Shown piece after piece: positions 19,287-29,674 of a stretch of DNA of 64,000 bases (the stretch's first letter is position 1; each line of letters starts with the position of its first letter). The notes beneath the pieces are model-generated. The model did not search any database and was not told the origin of the DNA. It was given only the letters and a program-made list of their open reading frames with translations. Origin of the DNA: a virus (Duplodnaviria; Caudoviricetes). Location of the stretch: positions 1 to 64,000 of the IMG/VR virus record IMGVR_UViG_3300028797_000145; one strand, given 5' to 3'. The position numbers and the translations under genes are program-made.

Positions 19287-20228
19287 TTACTCTTCCAAAA
19301 GTTCCCAAATGTTGTCTTCCGGCATCGGGTTGATGAGACAATCCGTGACTTCCTTGTTGACGAATGCTTTGTTCACAGGTTCAAAGATTCCCAAATCGAT
19401 CTGATGATCGGAACCTTCCGGATCGTAAATCCAACCCATGACCTGACCAGCCTTAGTCTTAAGCGGCTGATCGAATTCGTCTTTAATACCGCACATCTCA
19501 TAAATATCATTTACGCTAAGCTTACCATCACGCTTGAGGATCTCGTTTGCGCGTTCCTCGATACACTGCAGAGTGTATTTGTTCATCTCCGCGTTGTTCT
19601 CCCAAGGATCGCATCCTTTCTTAAACCACTTAGCATAAACACCGTAACCGGGAAGACCTGCATTATCGAGGTTCTGGACTGTCTTCTTAACCGTCTTGGT
19701 CTTGCCTTTGCTGTCCGTTACCTCTTCTTCGACAACTTCTGTCTGAATATCATACAGGAGCTCATTATCGACTTCTTCACCGAACCTGGCTCGCGTTCGT
19801 TCACGATAACCATTGAAGTCTGCGATCGTACTTGCCAACGCTGCACTAGCAGCCATGAACTTATCATGTTCTTCCAAATATCTTGTATGCTCACACTTGT
19901 AAGCCAACCAGATCAGTGCTGAACCAGCTACTGCCATACCAATCGCCGGTGCAAACTGCTTAAACAACTCCCACGCAGTTCTACCATACTGGCGAGTAAT
20001 TTCTTTCTTTTCAGTCTTCTCATCGATCGATCCAGCCTTACGAGCTTCCTTAATATCTTCGATCTCGTACTTGTGTGCTGTTAAAACCTTATCTGACTTA
20101 CGAGCAGACATTGCTGCTACAACACCAGATCCGATAAGAGTTCCAATACCGAATATAATTCCGATAACAGGAGCGTCTTTTCGTAATGTGTTTGCTACTT
20201 CCAGAGTAGCTTCATTGAACGTACTCAT
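19287..20228 (-). CDS. DUF6353-like membrane-anchored phage protein
   Basis: N-terminal TM, second TM, C-terminal LSVNDIY...GW domain; paralogous to 21570-22325. Family assignment from recall, not a search. Confidence 0.6.
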   Translation of the reverse strand: MSTFNEATLEVANTLRKDAPVIGIIFGIGTLIGSGVVAAMSARKSDKVLTAHKYEIEDIKEARKAGSIDEKTEKKEITRQYGRTAWELFKQFAPAIGMAVAGSALIWLAYKCEHTRYLEEHDKFMAASAALASTIADFNGYRERTRARFGEEVDNELLYDIQTEVVEEEVTDSKGKTKTVKKTVQNLDNAGLPGYGVYAKWFKKGCDPWENNAEMNKYTLQCIEERANEILKRDGKLSVNDIYEMCGIKDEFDQPLKTKAGQVMGWIYDPEGSDHQIDLGIFEPVNKAFVNKEVTDCLINPMPEDNIWELLEE

Positions 20229-20245
20229 AAATATAACTCCTTCTC

Positions 20246-20890
20246 TTAGCTTAAAGGTACCGGCTTAGGCAAGTACAAACCAAACTTACCACCCGGTAAA
20301 GTTACAGTTTCAGCTCCATCCAACTTATACCAACCGAACTTGTTAGCAGTATGCGGTGGAGTTACTCCAGCAAAGTCATAGAATCTCGCAACTGAGATCT
20401 GACCATAATGCTGAATATAATCGACCATCTCATCCAACACATCCTGTGCATACTCCCTACGATCAAAAGTCACGGATGCGAAGTCAACGGCCGACTTAGG
20501 CATGTATACATTTCGTGTGTTGCTTGATCCAGCAGGTCTGAAAGGAACGCCTTCGTCATAACGTTTGTCATACGAATAATATCCGCCAAACCCTCTACGG
20601 GCACTTCTTCCACCCCCGCTCGGATAGAAGAACACACGAATACCTTCAAATATAAGATCCTTGATGCCTTTGATGATCACCTCTTTGTAAATGTAGTCCT
20701 TCACCGATGAAATATCTTCTTCGAAGAACGCAGAAGCGAACTCCTGCCATTTACTTTTCTTGATCTCCGCTTTATGCACTACCTTCACACTATCAGGTTC
20801 TTTTTCTCTTTCCGGAGCTTCAGGTCTTGCATTGTCAGTTGGCACTAAGGAGTTTTTTGAAGATGGATAATCAGGAATTGTTGCCATCAA
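20246..20890 (-). CDS. Phage hypothetical protein
   Basis: 214 aa, C-terminal YGQISVARFYD...GW domain similar to that of the DUF6353-like neighbours. Confidence 0.7.
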   Translation of the reverse strand: MMATIPDYPSSKNSLVPTDNARPEAPEREKEPDSVKVVHKAEIKKSKWQEFASAFFEEDISSVKDYIYKEVIIKGIKDLIFEGIRVFFYPSGGGRSARRGFGGYYSYDKRYDEGVPFRPAGSSNTRNVYMPKSAVDFASVTFDRREYAQDVLDEMVDYIQHYGQISVARFYDFAGVTPPHTANKFGWYKLDGAETVTLPGGKFGLYLPKPVPLS

Positions 20891-21087
20891 TTACTACCTC
20901 CTACTAAATATACTTTTCCAGGAAGCCAGATCTGACTTCTTCCTACACGACCGCACGCTTTTTTCGCTTGATACGTTAAATTATTACGTGCCTTCGCTTC
21001 AGATTCGGCCATTGTCTCTCCGCTCCACTTGTTTTGGATACAACTTTCGAACAACATTATTGGTCCTTCGTAACGATACTTGTTCAA
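20887..21087 (-). CDS. Small hypothetical protein
   Basis: 66 aa, RBS GGAGG, TTG start, 4-bp overlap. Confidence 0.6.
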   Translation of the reverse strand: MNKYRYEGPIMLFESCIQNKWSGETMAESEAKARNNLTYQAKKACGRVGRSQIWLPGKVYLVGGSN

Positions 21088-21167
21088 ATATAATCACCTC
21101 CGTTAAGAAAGACAAAAGGAAGAGTGCCTGCTTTCGCAAGCATCTCTCCCGCCGGATCAAATATAAC

Positions 21168-21446
21168 TTACTTCTTTTTCTTGTCGGTTTCTTCCTCCTC
21201 TAATACAATGTCCTCGTCCGTGAGATCATCGTCGAAGTCGTCCTCGGATTCATCCAGGTAAGCGTCCTTCTTGAAGAACTTGTTGTAGAGCTTCTTCCCA
21301 CCTACAGCAATGCCAGCTACCAAGCTAACACCACCTACGATGCAAAGACCCACTACACCAGCCTGCATAAAGTCCACCTTCTTGGCTGCTTCCTTTGCTA
21401 CCTCTGCTGCTGCCTCATTTGCTACTTCATTGATCATTTCGTTCAT
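21168..21446 (-). CDS. Single-TM small protein with very acidic tail
   Basis: GVVGLCIVGGVSLVAGIAVGG then KK and a D/E-rich C-terminus; own promoter-like element (21489-21517) and terminator (about 21113-21150). Confidence 0.7.
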   Translation of the reverse strand: MNEMINEVANEAAAEVAKEAAKKVDFMQAGVVGLCIVGGVSLVAGIAVGGKKLYNKFFKKDAYLDESEDDFDDDLTDEDIVLEEEETDKKKK

Positions 21447-21569
21447 GTTGATACCATCCTTTCTTTAAAAAGTAGTGTTTTTGTGTTATCCATATAGGAC
21501 CATGTTTTTTCTGCGAATTGCAGAATATGAAAAAGGCCCATGCATTTCTGCACAGGCCCTCACATATGA

Positions 21570-22325
21570 TCATCGTGACATCTTCCAGTATCCGTTGTCT
21601 GGAGGACTGTCTAACATTATTACATTGCACGTTCGTCCGTCTGGCATCTGCTTCGGAACGAACCTTGGTTCAAGCTCGCCATCGATTTCGTAGATCCATC
21701 CGAGATGATCATATACTCCGATGGTTGTCAATCCGAGTTCGTAGAAGTACTCGTCGCATCCTAAATATCCTTGAGATCGATTTTCCTTATTCATCCGGTT
21801 GAATGCTTCGAGTACCTCCTGCATGGAGCTAACAAAATATCTTCCTGTTAACTCATCCTGGAAGATCTGTTCCATTCGTCCGGTTACCACAAGCTCTCTG
21901 TTAGAGATCGGAGCTTTCTCGATCGACTTCTCTGCAACTTTGCTGTTGATCTTATCAACCGTTTTCTCGTCCGTACACTCTTTAGTAGCTTCGATCCGTC
22001 TCTGAAGAGCCTCATTCGCGATTGCTGCCGACAATGTTGCTGCGCTTGCTTCCGCCAGAGCTTCTTTCTCACCAGATATAATTAGAGCAACGGATGCTAC
22101 TTCAGCCAATGCTGCAGGACCGATGTTCTTTGCGATAATAAGCGCTTTCTGTTTCTTGGTTTTGGGTTTCTTACGTTCGAACTCTTTGCACGTCCGTACA
22201 GCTCCCCAAATTCCCAGACCAAACGCAAGAGCTCCTGCTATAAGTCCACTAGCGACTTTAAGTTCAGAGCTGTGTTCCGTAAGGTTCTGAGCAATTTCTT
22301 TTGTTACCTCGTTAAAACTACTCAT
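21570..22325 (-). CDS. DUF6353-like membrane-anchored phage protein (paralog of 19287-20228)
   Basis: MSSFNEVTKEIAQNL resembles MSTFNEATLEVANTL; two TM segments; C-terminal F.DE..GR.F...YFYELGL...LGW domain. Confidence 0.6.
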   Translation of the reverse strand: MSSFNEVTKEIAQNLTEHSSELKVASGLIAGALAFGLGIWGAVRTCKEFERKKPKTKKQKALIIAKNIGPAALAEVASVALIISGEKEALAEASAATLSAAIANEALQRRIEATKECTDEKTVDKINSKVAEKSIEKAPISNRELVVTGRMEQIFQDELTGRYFVSSMQEVLEAFNRMNKENRSQGYLGCDEYFYELGLTTIGVYDHLGWIYEIDGELEPRFVPKQMPDGRTCNVIMLDSPPDNGYWKMSR

Positions 22326-22366
22326 GTCATTCTCCTTTCATGAATATAATTTTGCAAGCTAAAGAG

Positions 22367-22439
22367 AAGATGCTCCGGGATTCGAACCCGGGACCAACTG
22401 TTTGTTTGACAGATGCTCTACCATCTGAGCTAAGTATCT
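22367..22439 (-). tRNA. tRNA-like RNA with non-canonical anticodon loop (CAAACAA; nominal anticodon AAC)
   Basis: Minus strand AGATACT-TA-GCTC-AGATGGTA-GAGC-A-TCTGT-CAAACAA-ACAGT-TGGTC-CCGGG-TTCGAAT-CCCGG-AGCATCT-T: canonical D and T arms, one acceptor mismatch, T27-T43 mismatch, A33 instead of U33, no encoded CCA. Confidence 0.75.
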
Positions 22440-22472
22440 TCTCCATATAGGGGTATGTTTTTTCTGCGAATA

Positions 22473-22604
22473 TCACATATGCTCCATTCGATACTCCTGA
22501 TAATATTGCTTATCCGCAGCAACCTTACCAGCATACCTTCCGATCAAATATATCGTTAAACCGATAACAAGTACCTTTCCGAATCCGTTAATCTCAATGT
22601 TCAT
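22473..22604 (-). CDS. 43-aa single-TM peptide (below the ORF-track cutoff)
   Basis: MNIEINGFGKVLVIGLTIYLIGRYAGKVAADKQYYQEYRMEHM with RBS GGAGG. Confidence 0.6.
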   Translation of the reverse strand: MNIEINGFGKVLVIGLTIYLIGRYAGKVAADKQYYQEYRMEHM

Positions 22605-22622
22605 AGTGTTACCTCCTTTTCT

Positions 22623-23018
22623 TTAAACCAACTTGGAAATATAATCCATCAATGTGTCCTTGGTACTTCCACGAAGTGCGTTAGAAGAGATCTTCGAGAG
22701 ACTCTTCATCGCTTTGTCCTTAGTGCTAGGATCCGCATCCTTCGCGATGTTAAATATCTTTTCAGCGAACTCCAGACGAGTGCTATCGTAAAACGTTTCC
22801 ATAGCCTTGTCGGTCATGATGGAGATCGCAGTCATCTTGTTCTCATTTGGAGTGACCTTGGTGTCGTTCGTACACGGATCCATATCCAGCACACGATCGA
22901 TTACGGACTCCACATCGTCAAGCTTCATGTTGCTGAGTCCTCCGATGAACTCCTTATAAATATAATAGCCGGCGAGTGTAACCACCGTCGCTACTAAGTA
23001 GTCTTTCACCTTACTCAT
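22623..23018 (-). CDS. N-terminally anchored hypothetical protein
   Basis: YLVATVVTLAGYYIY anchor; RBS GGAGG. Confidence 0.65.
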   Translation of the reverse strand: MSKVKDYLVATVVTLAGYYIYKEFIGGLSNMKLDDVESVIDRVLDMDPCTNDTKVTPNENKMTAISIMTDKAMETFYDSTRLEFAEKIFNIAKDADPSTKDKAMKSLSKISSNALRGSTKDTLMDYISKLV

Positions 23019-23245
23019 TGCCTTCCTCCTTTAAAGTCTTATGAAAGTCCTCAGAAACTGCTTCAATAATATCAGCAGCCAATTCGTAAGTCGCCTCACA
23101 AGGAACCATACACAATCTGTCGCACATGATCTTCTCAACATTCTCACACATCTCCATGTGTAATTCGTTCATTCTGCCCATAGTACCATTCTCCTATTCT
23201 AAATATAAAAGCAAAGAGCCCAAGTTTCCTTAGGCTCTAATTTGC

Positions 23246-23431
23246 TCATTCTTCATCCTGGTCAATTCCACCGAGTCCAAATGTCTCGTTGAACAGATCT
23301 TCCATCTCGCTCATTCTTGTGTCGAACTCTTCTTGCTGTTTCTTCTGCTGGTACACCTTGCTTGCTACACCTGCTGCTGCACCTACTACTGTTCCACCAA
23401 TGCTAAGTCCTGTTAAGATTGCTTCTACCAT
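23246..23431 (-). CDS. Single-TM small protein
   Basis: AILTGLSIGGTVVGAAAGVA then KKQQEE; flanked by a promoter-like element (23466-23494) and a terminator (about 23214-23238). Confidence 0.65.
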   Translation of the reverse strand: MVEAILTGLSIGGTVVGAAAGVASKVYQQKKQQEEFDTRMSEMEDLFNETFGLGGIDQDEE

Positions 23432-23469
23432 AATCGTTCTCCTTTCTGGGATTTGGTTTCATTGTTCCA

Positions 23470-23670
23470 TTAAAGGTTGTGCAAAAATTGCGATACCTGC
23501 TGATCACTCACATAAATATCACCGTTAACGTGGAGACGATACCCACCGTCTTTTCTCCGATCGATCTGAATGTTCTCTATCTTAATGTCCTCTACGTACT
23601 TGGACAGTTTTTTCGTAACGAATTTTGCTATAAGCCCCTTCATAAAATCACTGCAAATTCTCAATTGATC
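23470..23670 (-). CDS. Small hypothetical protein
   Basis: Likely start at MDQLRI (RBS GGAGGAGG). Confidence 0.5.
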   Translation of the reverse strand, partial: DQLRICSDFMKGLIAKFVTKKLSKYVEDIKIENIQIDRRKDGGYRLHVNGDIYVSDQQVSQFLHNL

Positions 23671-23748
23671 CATGTCCTCCTCCTTTACTGACAAATATAA
23701 AACGGAAGAGCCCAAGTTTCCTCAGGCTCTTTCCTTATGGTTCGTTGT

Positions 23749-24310
23749 TTACTGTTTAAAGATCTTCTTCGTTATCTCCTTCGCTGCCGTATAGCTGAAA
23801 GAATTGTTTACTTCAAACTCCATCAACTTCGGAATCCAATCGTTCTCGTGATTGATCTTCAGCGCTACACACACAATGCCTCCAACTGCAGTTATTGATG
23901 CTGCTGCAAGAATCTGAAGGTTCTTCTTTCGCTCGAGAGCCTTTCTAGCCTCAAGTTCAGCTTCAAACTGCTCCTGTCTTTGTCTCATTTCAGCTTCCTT
24001 CAACTCGATTTCCCTTTCGAACTGCTTGATCTTCTCTTCGTTCTCCTCAGCACGAATTGAAATCTCGTCGTCGAGCTGCTTCCATTTGAACTTCATTTCT
24101 TCGTCTTTCTGCTGCTTTTCCTGCTTGATCTTCTCTTCTGCGATTTGATGATCCATCAAAGCCTTCTCAGCCTTAATCAATTCCTCGCAGTTAGATGCTA
24201 TCATCTGCGTAAGCAGTGAAAATTCATCACTATTAACGTCTACGGATTCTCGTTGCTTGATTCTGTTTTGTAAATCTTCTTCCAACAATTTTCTTGTAGT
24301 TTCGTTCATA
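23749..24310 (-). CDS. Coiled-coil protein with C-terminal TM
   Basis: Start likely MNETTRK (RBS GGAGG); long E/K/Q coil, then ILAAASITAVGGIVCVAL. Confidence 0.7.
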
Positions 24311-24437
24311 ACTAAATTCCTCCTTAAAAATTTGTTGTCAACGTGTTCCATATAAGGACAGGTTTTTATTGCGAAAGGAAAGAGGAAAAGACCTAAATAT
24401 AACTTTAAGTCTCATCCTCTTGTTTAACTCGGTCACT

Positions 24438-24494
24438 TTAACCTAAACCGAAGATTCGTACTAACATCTCCATAATCTCTTCATCCGTATACAT
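24438..24494 (-). CDS. 18-aa micro-ORF in its own transcription unit
   Basis: MYTDEEIMEMLVRIFGLG, RBS GGAGG, promoter-like element 24531-24559, terminator about 24380-24420. Confidence 0.5.
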   Translation of the reverse strand: MYTDEEIMEMLVRIFGLG

Positions 24495-24611
24495 ACTGTC
24501 ACCTCCTTTAATGTTTTAGTTTCCGTGTTTCTCATTAAAGAATGTGCAAAATGTGCGAACAAAAATCACTGTATAAATATAACTCGGTTTTTTGTCACCT
24601 GCGTACGGTTT

Positions 24612-24905
24612 TTATGAAGAGCAAGGTAAATCATACTCTTTCGCAAAATATGGCATGATCATGTTAGTATACTTTACCAACTTCATAACTGCTGTGTTTC
24701 TGGATCTCTTTGCCATGAGATCATTAACTTGGATGCCATTCTTACAAATATCGTAAACCACATCCGAGTAATTTTTGGAAAACGCGTAGATCTTTTCGTT
24801 AGGCAGGAGAATATAGTAATCTATAAGCTTATCCTTTCCCTTGAAGTTTTTAACCCCTTGGATCTTAACCGAGTTTGCTAATCTGATAATTTTACCCATA
24901 GTCAC
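24612..24905 (-). CDS. Hypothetical protein
   Basis: 97 aa, RBS GGAGG. Confidence 0.6.
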   Translation of the reverse strand: MTMGKIIRLANSVKIQGVKNFKGKDKLIDYYILLPNEKIYAFSKNYSDVVYDICKNGIQVNDLMAKRSRNTAVMKLVKYTNMIMPYFAKEYDLPCSS

Positions 24906-24921
24906 ACCTCCTAAAATATAA

Positions 24922-25086
24922 TTACGCTTCTGTCTTGTAACGCTTTATAGCCTTTAACACGATCTCCGCAATAGGCCTTTTCTCAGCAACTGACAGTGAC
25001 CGTAAGTAATTGAGATCGTTTTCTGTGATCCGCATTGTAAATCGCTTAGACTTGGCGAGTTCTGGATCTTTTTTTCGTCGCGCCAT
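24922..25086 (-). CDS. Ribbon-helix-helix (CopG/Arc-like) DNA-binding protein, 54 aa (below the ORF-track cutoff)
   Basis: MARRKKDPELAKSKRFTMRITENDLNYLRSLSVAEKRPIAEIVLKAIKRYKTEA: alternating beta strand FTMRI then two helices; RBS GGAGG. Confidence 0.6.
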   Translation of the reverse strand: MARRKKDPELAKSKRFTMRITENDLNYLRSLSVAEKRPIAEIVLKAIKRYKTEA

Positions 25087-25322
25087 TAATTCACCTCCTT
25101 AATAAAAAGAGCCCCGGAAATATAACTTCCGAAGCTCTGTGATCAGTCCTCAAGGTCGTCTTCTATCGACGGGTTGTTTCTGAGGAAGTGCTCTTTCGCT
25201 TTCTGCTTGTTAGCAGCGAATGTTGTGTCTAAAATATGACCGGCACTATCTTTTAAACAGAACAGATCATACATCTCGTCGTTTACACTTTCGTCTTTTA
25301 CTATGCTATACATAACTACCTC

Positions 25323-25739
25323 CTAATGCCTCTGGCTTAATAAATAGAAGAACTTCCTATACAGCTTATAGTAGCTGTCCTTGCAGCAAGGAATATCCTT
25401 TGACGATGTCTCGTAGCTTTCTCCGTTTACCACGTTACGGAGAATTATTGGTCCTATTATAGGATCAACCTCTTCGGCTACACTTGATATTTGATCGATG
25501 TATCCAGTAAGCTTCTCGATCACCAGAGCAGTATCTCCAGTAGGGTCCGAATACTCGTTCGTACGCGATACGTAAATATAATCAGTAGGCGTTGGATTCT
25601 GATAGCCGTACTGATAATTCATCCGCATCTTTAGGAAGTCACGATACTGCGTCACAAAGTGCTTAAGCTCATAGTACCTATGTTTTGGAATATAATACTC
25701 GTTTTTCTTACTGGTTTCCGGTCGAATGTTCGTTCCCAC
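25323..25739 (-). CDS. ArpU/RinA-like phage transcriptional regulator
   Basis: YYELKHF..QY...DPTGDTAL...ESYE...C.KDSYYKLYRKFFYLL; GTG start with RBS GGAGG. Confidence 0.55.
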   Translation of the reverse strand: MGTNIRPETSKKNEYYIPKHRYYELKHFVTQYRDFLKMRMNYQYGYQNPTPTDYIYVSRTNEYSDPTGDTALVIEKLTGYIDQISSVAEEVDPIIGPIILRNVVNGESYETSSKDIPCCKDSYYKLYRKFFYLLSQRH

Positions 25740-25942
25740 TTCTAATCCTCCTTGCTCTAGTTCCAAAGAGCTCTTGCAGCGAAACACAATCACCCCTATC
25801 GATAGTTGCTACACAGAAGTCTCTATTAAGCGCACAAGAAGCGTTCTCAACAAGACCCTTCTGTACTCTGTACTGACATCCTGCAATCGCCGCATCGATC
25901 ATATGATCAGTTATGTTCTTCATGATTATACCTCCGTTCGTA

Positions 25943-27306
25943 CTAGTCCATAGAATTGCTAGAACCGCATTTTGGACAATAAAGCATATCCTCAACCACA
26001 TTTCGAGCATACTTCCCAATGCTGCAATGACTGCAATACCACCAGCCGGTGTCTCCTTGAATCCAACGTCCCGTTTTCTTCGTAGGTATTACATACTGCA
26101 TATGTTTTATCTTTTCGACTAAGTGCAGTTTGGAATCAGCGACTGGGTCTGACATTATCATTTCGATAACCTCTTCGCGACTTATCGCATCATCAGTAAC
26201 TTGACATTTTGTGAGTTTAAGTTGGCCACTTTCCTCTCCGTACTCGAGCAGCCACTTGTCTCCTTTTTTCGCCCTTTCTAGCTTTTGACCCATTTGCACA
26301 CCCTGATTATAGGCATGCCTTAGACGATTCTCGATACTCATGAGATCATCTTTTATAGATCTTTCTTTTTCCTGTAAATATTCCTCTTCTCTCATTCTTC
26401 TACCTCACATTCCTTTTTATTAGCAACTCGATCCTTTTTATGGAACATCACAAACCGTTTTTTCTTGTCACCACAGAAGGGGCAATACTTATACTTTACA
26501 ATGTTACCAAAATATGACAGCTCCTCTGAGCATACCGAACAACGATAATTACCCGATTCTGTCTCTATCCATTTACCATACACTGATCGACCATTGTTGA
26601 TTTCAAGAGTCTCTTCAATTACACAAATTCGATCTTGAAGATTAAGTATTCTTGAATAAACATCAGATTCAAACATCGTTATTCACCTCCTTATGAAGAT
26701 ATCCTGCATATCTATAACTCTTTCACAGATATCACTCGCTAATTCCATTGCTTCTCTATCGGAACCGCTCATTTGATACCAATCAGCAATAGACTTAAGT
26801 TGATCTGGTAATGGATCATGTGTCTCTTTTACCGTTTCAAACACAAATTTACTTTTCATCGGCTTTCCACAATTGGGGCAATATTTACCCGGCATTTTTC
26901 CCCTTATACTAGTTGTGTATTCCCATTGGAAATCACAATTTTCACAATGTACCAAATATTCGTGCAATTCAATGCCTGAATCACTAGTGATAACTGTAGA
27001 TCTATCTACTATCCAATACGACATTTAATCATCTCCTTTCAAATTCTTCGAACCACACGTCGGACAATATACCGTTTTTTCTTCTGTCTCCATAGGTAAA
27101 TCACAATTAGAGCAGAAATATCCGATAATCTCCATATCTTCGTTTTCTATTGGAATCCAGCTTCCAACCTTCTGCTGTGACGTTGCGGGCGGCAATTTAT
27201 CAATAGTTATGTGCATCCTTGCAATCATGTCATCATCTATGTAACCCCTCCATCTTGAAATATCTTTTTTTACAAGGTTTCGATCTACAGCGTCACAAGT
27301 ATTCAT
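25943..27306 (-). other. Four tandem small ORFs with W-I...CxxC...YCPxCG Zn ribbons (25943-26395, 26392-26676, 26683-27024, 27025-27306)
   Basis: Shared GxWI...C(S/E)xC...YCP(K/F/N/T)CG motif, overlapping start/stop codons. Confidence 0.7.
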
Positions 27307-27683
27307 TCATCTTCACCTTCTTCCTGTTCGTCTTGGTTTTCGTTTTCAAACGGTATTTTGATCCCGTCTAATGCATTCATAAAACCCTCAATGATTTTAT
27401 TTGAAATCATTTTCAGGTTCTTGTTAAACTTCCAAAGTGAATAGTCAACTCCCAATATTTCCGGCATTTTTTCTTTTACATATTCCGCGATGTAATCATT
27501 TTCACTACCTTCTTCCGACTGTTCAAGCAGTCTTTTATAATCTTTCAACCACTCTGCTAGTTGTTTGTGTTCTTCTACACATACTTTTCTTGTTACTGTA
27601 ATATTCTTAAACGCCGTTCCATATGTGGCCTCACTATTTGATACCTTCTCGCAATACTGTATCATATCATCCAATGTCATCAT
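27303..27683 (-). CDS. Hypothetical protein
   Basis: MTLDDMIQYCE...EEHKQLAEWLKDY, a pattern common in Firmicute phages. Confidence 0.65.
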   Translation of the reverse strand: MMTLDDMIQYCEKVSNSEATYGTAFKNITVTRKVCVEEHKQLAEWLKDYKRLLEQSEEGSENDYIAEYVKEKMPEILGVDYSLWKFNKNLKMISNKIIEGFMNALDGIKIPFENENQDEQEEGEDE

Positions 27684-27826
27684 TCGCTCACCTCCCGGGG
27701 TTTATAACAAGGATACAGGCAGCAATAATAATGAGCCACTCAACAAAGTTGCTAGGGACTCTCTTCTGAGCAATGCACTCAAATATAATAATTAGTGCAA
27801 GAATCACCATTACAATAGTCAGAAGA

Positions 27827-28210
27827 CTACTCATTGCGACCACCTCCCTGCATGGTTTCTTTGAAGGTTTTCTTGAATTCCCTAGATCGCTTCTCTGCCT
27901 CTTCCGAAGATTCGGGGATTACGGAGATTTCGTCCTCCCTGTCTTTCTTAAATTCATTAAGCTCTACGGGAACCACGTAAATATAACGTTTAGCCGTGTC
28001 CCGAACCATATCGGAATAGTCAATTTGGTCACTCTCAAATTCTTTTGGTTCCCACTTTTTACATGCGTTAGAATAGTAGTAATCTATGAATCCGTTTGCC
28101 ATGTTTTTAGCAAACTCCATGTTGTACGCAACACCGATCAGCTCTTCATGAGGTTCAGGAAATTTAAATGCGGTCTCCAAAATAACATTAAAAAGCACAT
28201 ATACATTCAT
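27827..28210 (-). CDS. Hypothetical protein
   Basis: 127 aa, RBS GGAGG. Confidence 0.65.
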   Translation of the reverse strand: MNVYVLFNVILETAFKFPEPHEELIGVAYNMEFAKNMANGFIDYYYSNACKKWEPKEFESDQIDYSDMVRDTAKRYIYVVPVELNEFKKDREDEISVIPESSEEAEKRSREFKKTFKETMQGGGRNE

Positions 28211-28402
28211 GCTTAATCCTCCTTTTTTCTTTTAAGCCAGTTAATATAACAAGGCCATCCGAGTTTACAATCTATACAAGACCATACATCGCATGCATAC
28301 TTTTTAGGGACTGTATGACCCTCATCAATATACATTAGAAACTTGGCAAGCTCTTCTGTGCTTGCGGACTTAATCATTTCTTCATTCGTCATAACTGCCT
28401 CC

Positions 28403-28989
28403 TTACGGTGTAGACTCGATCACGCAGAATCTATTTTCACCCGATTTGCTTATGTACAAATATAACTGTGAAACAGGAACGGTATCGCCAACATGAGACG
28501 ATTCAAATCCTACATCTGAAACATAAACAGGCACATCACCCCATCTAGATTTTGCCATTTTAAGCAGTTCGATAAGCTCCGAAATGGTGTAGTGTCCTTC
28601 ATTGTCCGTAAACAAGCATTCGGTTGGAACACCACTCCAGTAAGCATCGTATCCTTCTGTTATTTTAATTTTTCCGTATTCCATATTTATTCTCCTCTCT
28701 TAAGTAAATGCAAGCATCCATATAATACATGCATACCCCTTTCCGGATTGTAATGGGTGCTATAGTCTACAAACTCCAGGAGATGTTCAGCAAGATAGTC
28801 AGAAATATCACGCTTAACTATCTCGTCGAATACCTCATCGGTATACAAGCATACGGCGTAGGCAGGATACTCCCTCTTGAACTTCAGAGGTACAACTTCA
28901 CGATTTACCTCAACAACTTTTGGAAGTGGAGTATTTACAAGCTGCTGATACCTCTTTTTCCAATACTTTGCTTTCTGTCGTGCGTTCAT
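28403..28989 (-). other. Two small hypothetical ORFs (28403-28684, 28687-28989)
   Basis: Operonic spacing, RBSs present. Confidence 0.6.
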
Positions 28990-29465
28990 TCTTTATCCTC
29001 CTTTCCGCTTTATTCAAAGTTCTAATGGTTTTCCATTTTGCTAAAAAACTGTAAACATATTTGTTTTCAAAATATACATCCACCTTCCTTTGTTTAATTT
29101 TCTTAGATTGTCTTTTGTTCATTCCTTATCCTCGCTTTCTCCATTATCAACTATCACGACACCATATCCTGCATGTGTTTCACTCCATACCAACCCGTCA
29201 TCTGTTTCAAGCAAAGTCATAACTGCTTTTGCTACTTTTACTTTAACTGGATAAATCTTTACTGTTTCACCATCATCAACATATATAGTCATTCCTTCTC
29301 GCTCCTTTTCTGTGGATCAAAACTCATTCATCCTTTGATAAACGATTTCGTTTTCTGTGTATAATAAATACTTTGGATAATCATTCCTTATTCCTTTGAT
29401 GTAAAATATCGGCTTACCATACTTTTTATATTTGATATGGCATAACCACATTATGATTTTATCTA

Positions 29466-29648
29466 TCATCCCTCATCCTCACTTTCTGCCTTACGACATT
29501 TTATCCACTCATTTAATGCTTCACGGCACTCGTTACACACATCCCATACTTTGCCATGACTTGATATACAAAAATTATAATTGCGTATAGGTTCAATAAT
29601 TGATGCAGGCATTTCCTTACCGCATATATCACATATTGTTTTTGTCAT
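29466..29648 (-). CDS. Small Zn-finger protein (paralog of 30818-31006)
   Basis: KTICDICGKEM...FCISSHGKVWDVCNEC. Confidence 0.7.
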   Translation of the reverse strand: MTKTICDICGKEMPASIIEPIRNYNFCISSHGKVWDVCNECREALNEWIKCRKAESEDEG

Positions 29649-29674
29649 TCCTTATCCTCACTTTCTGCAATCTA

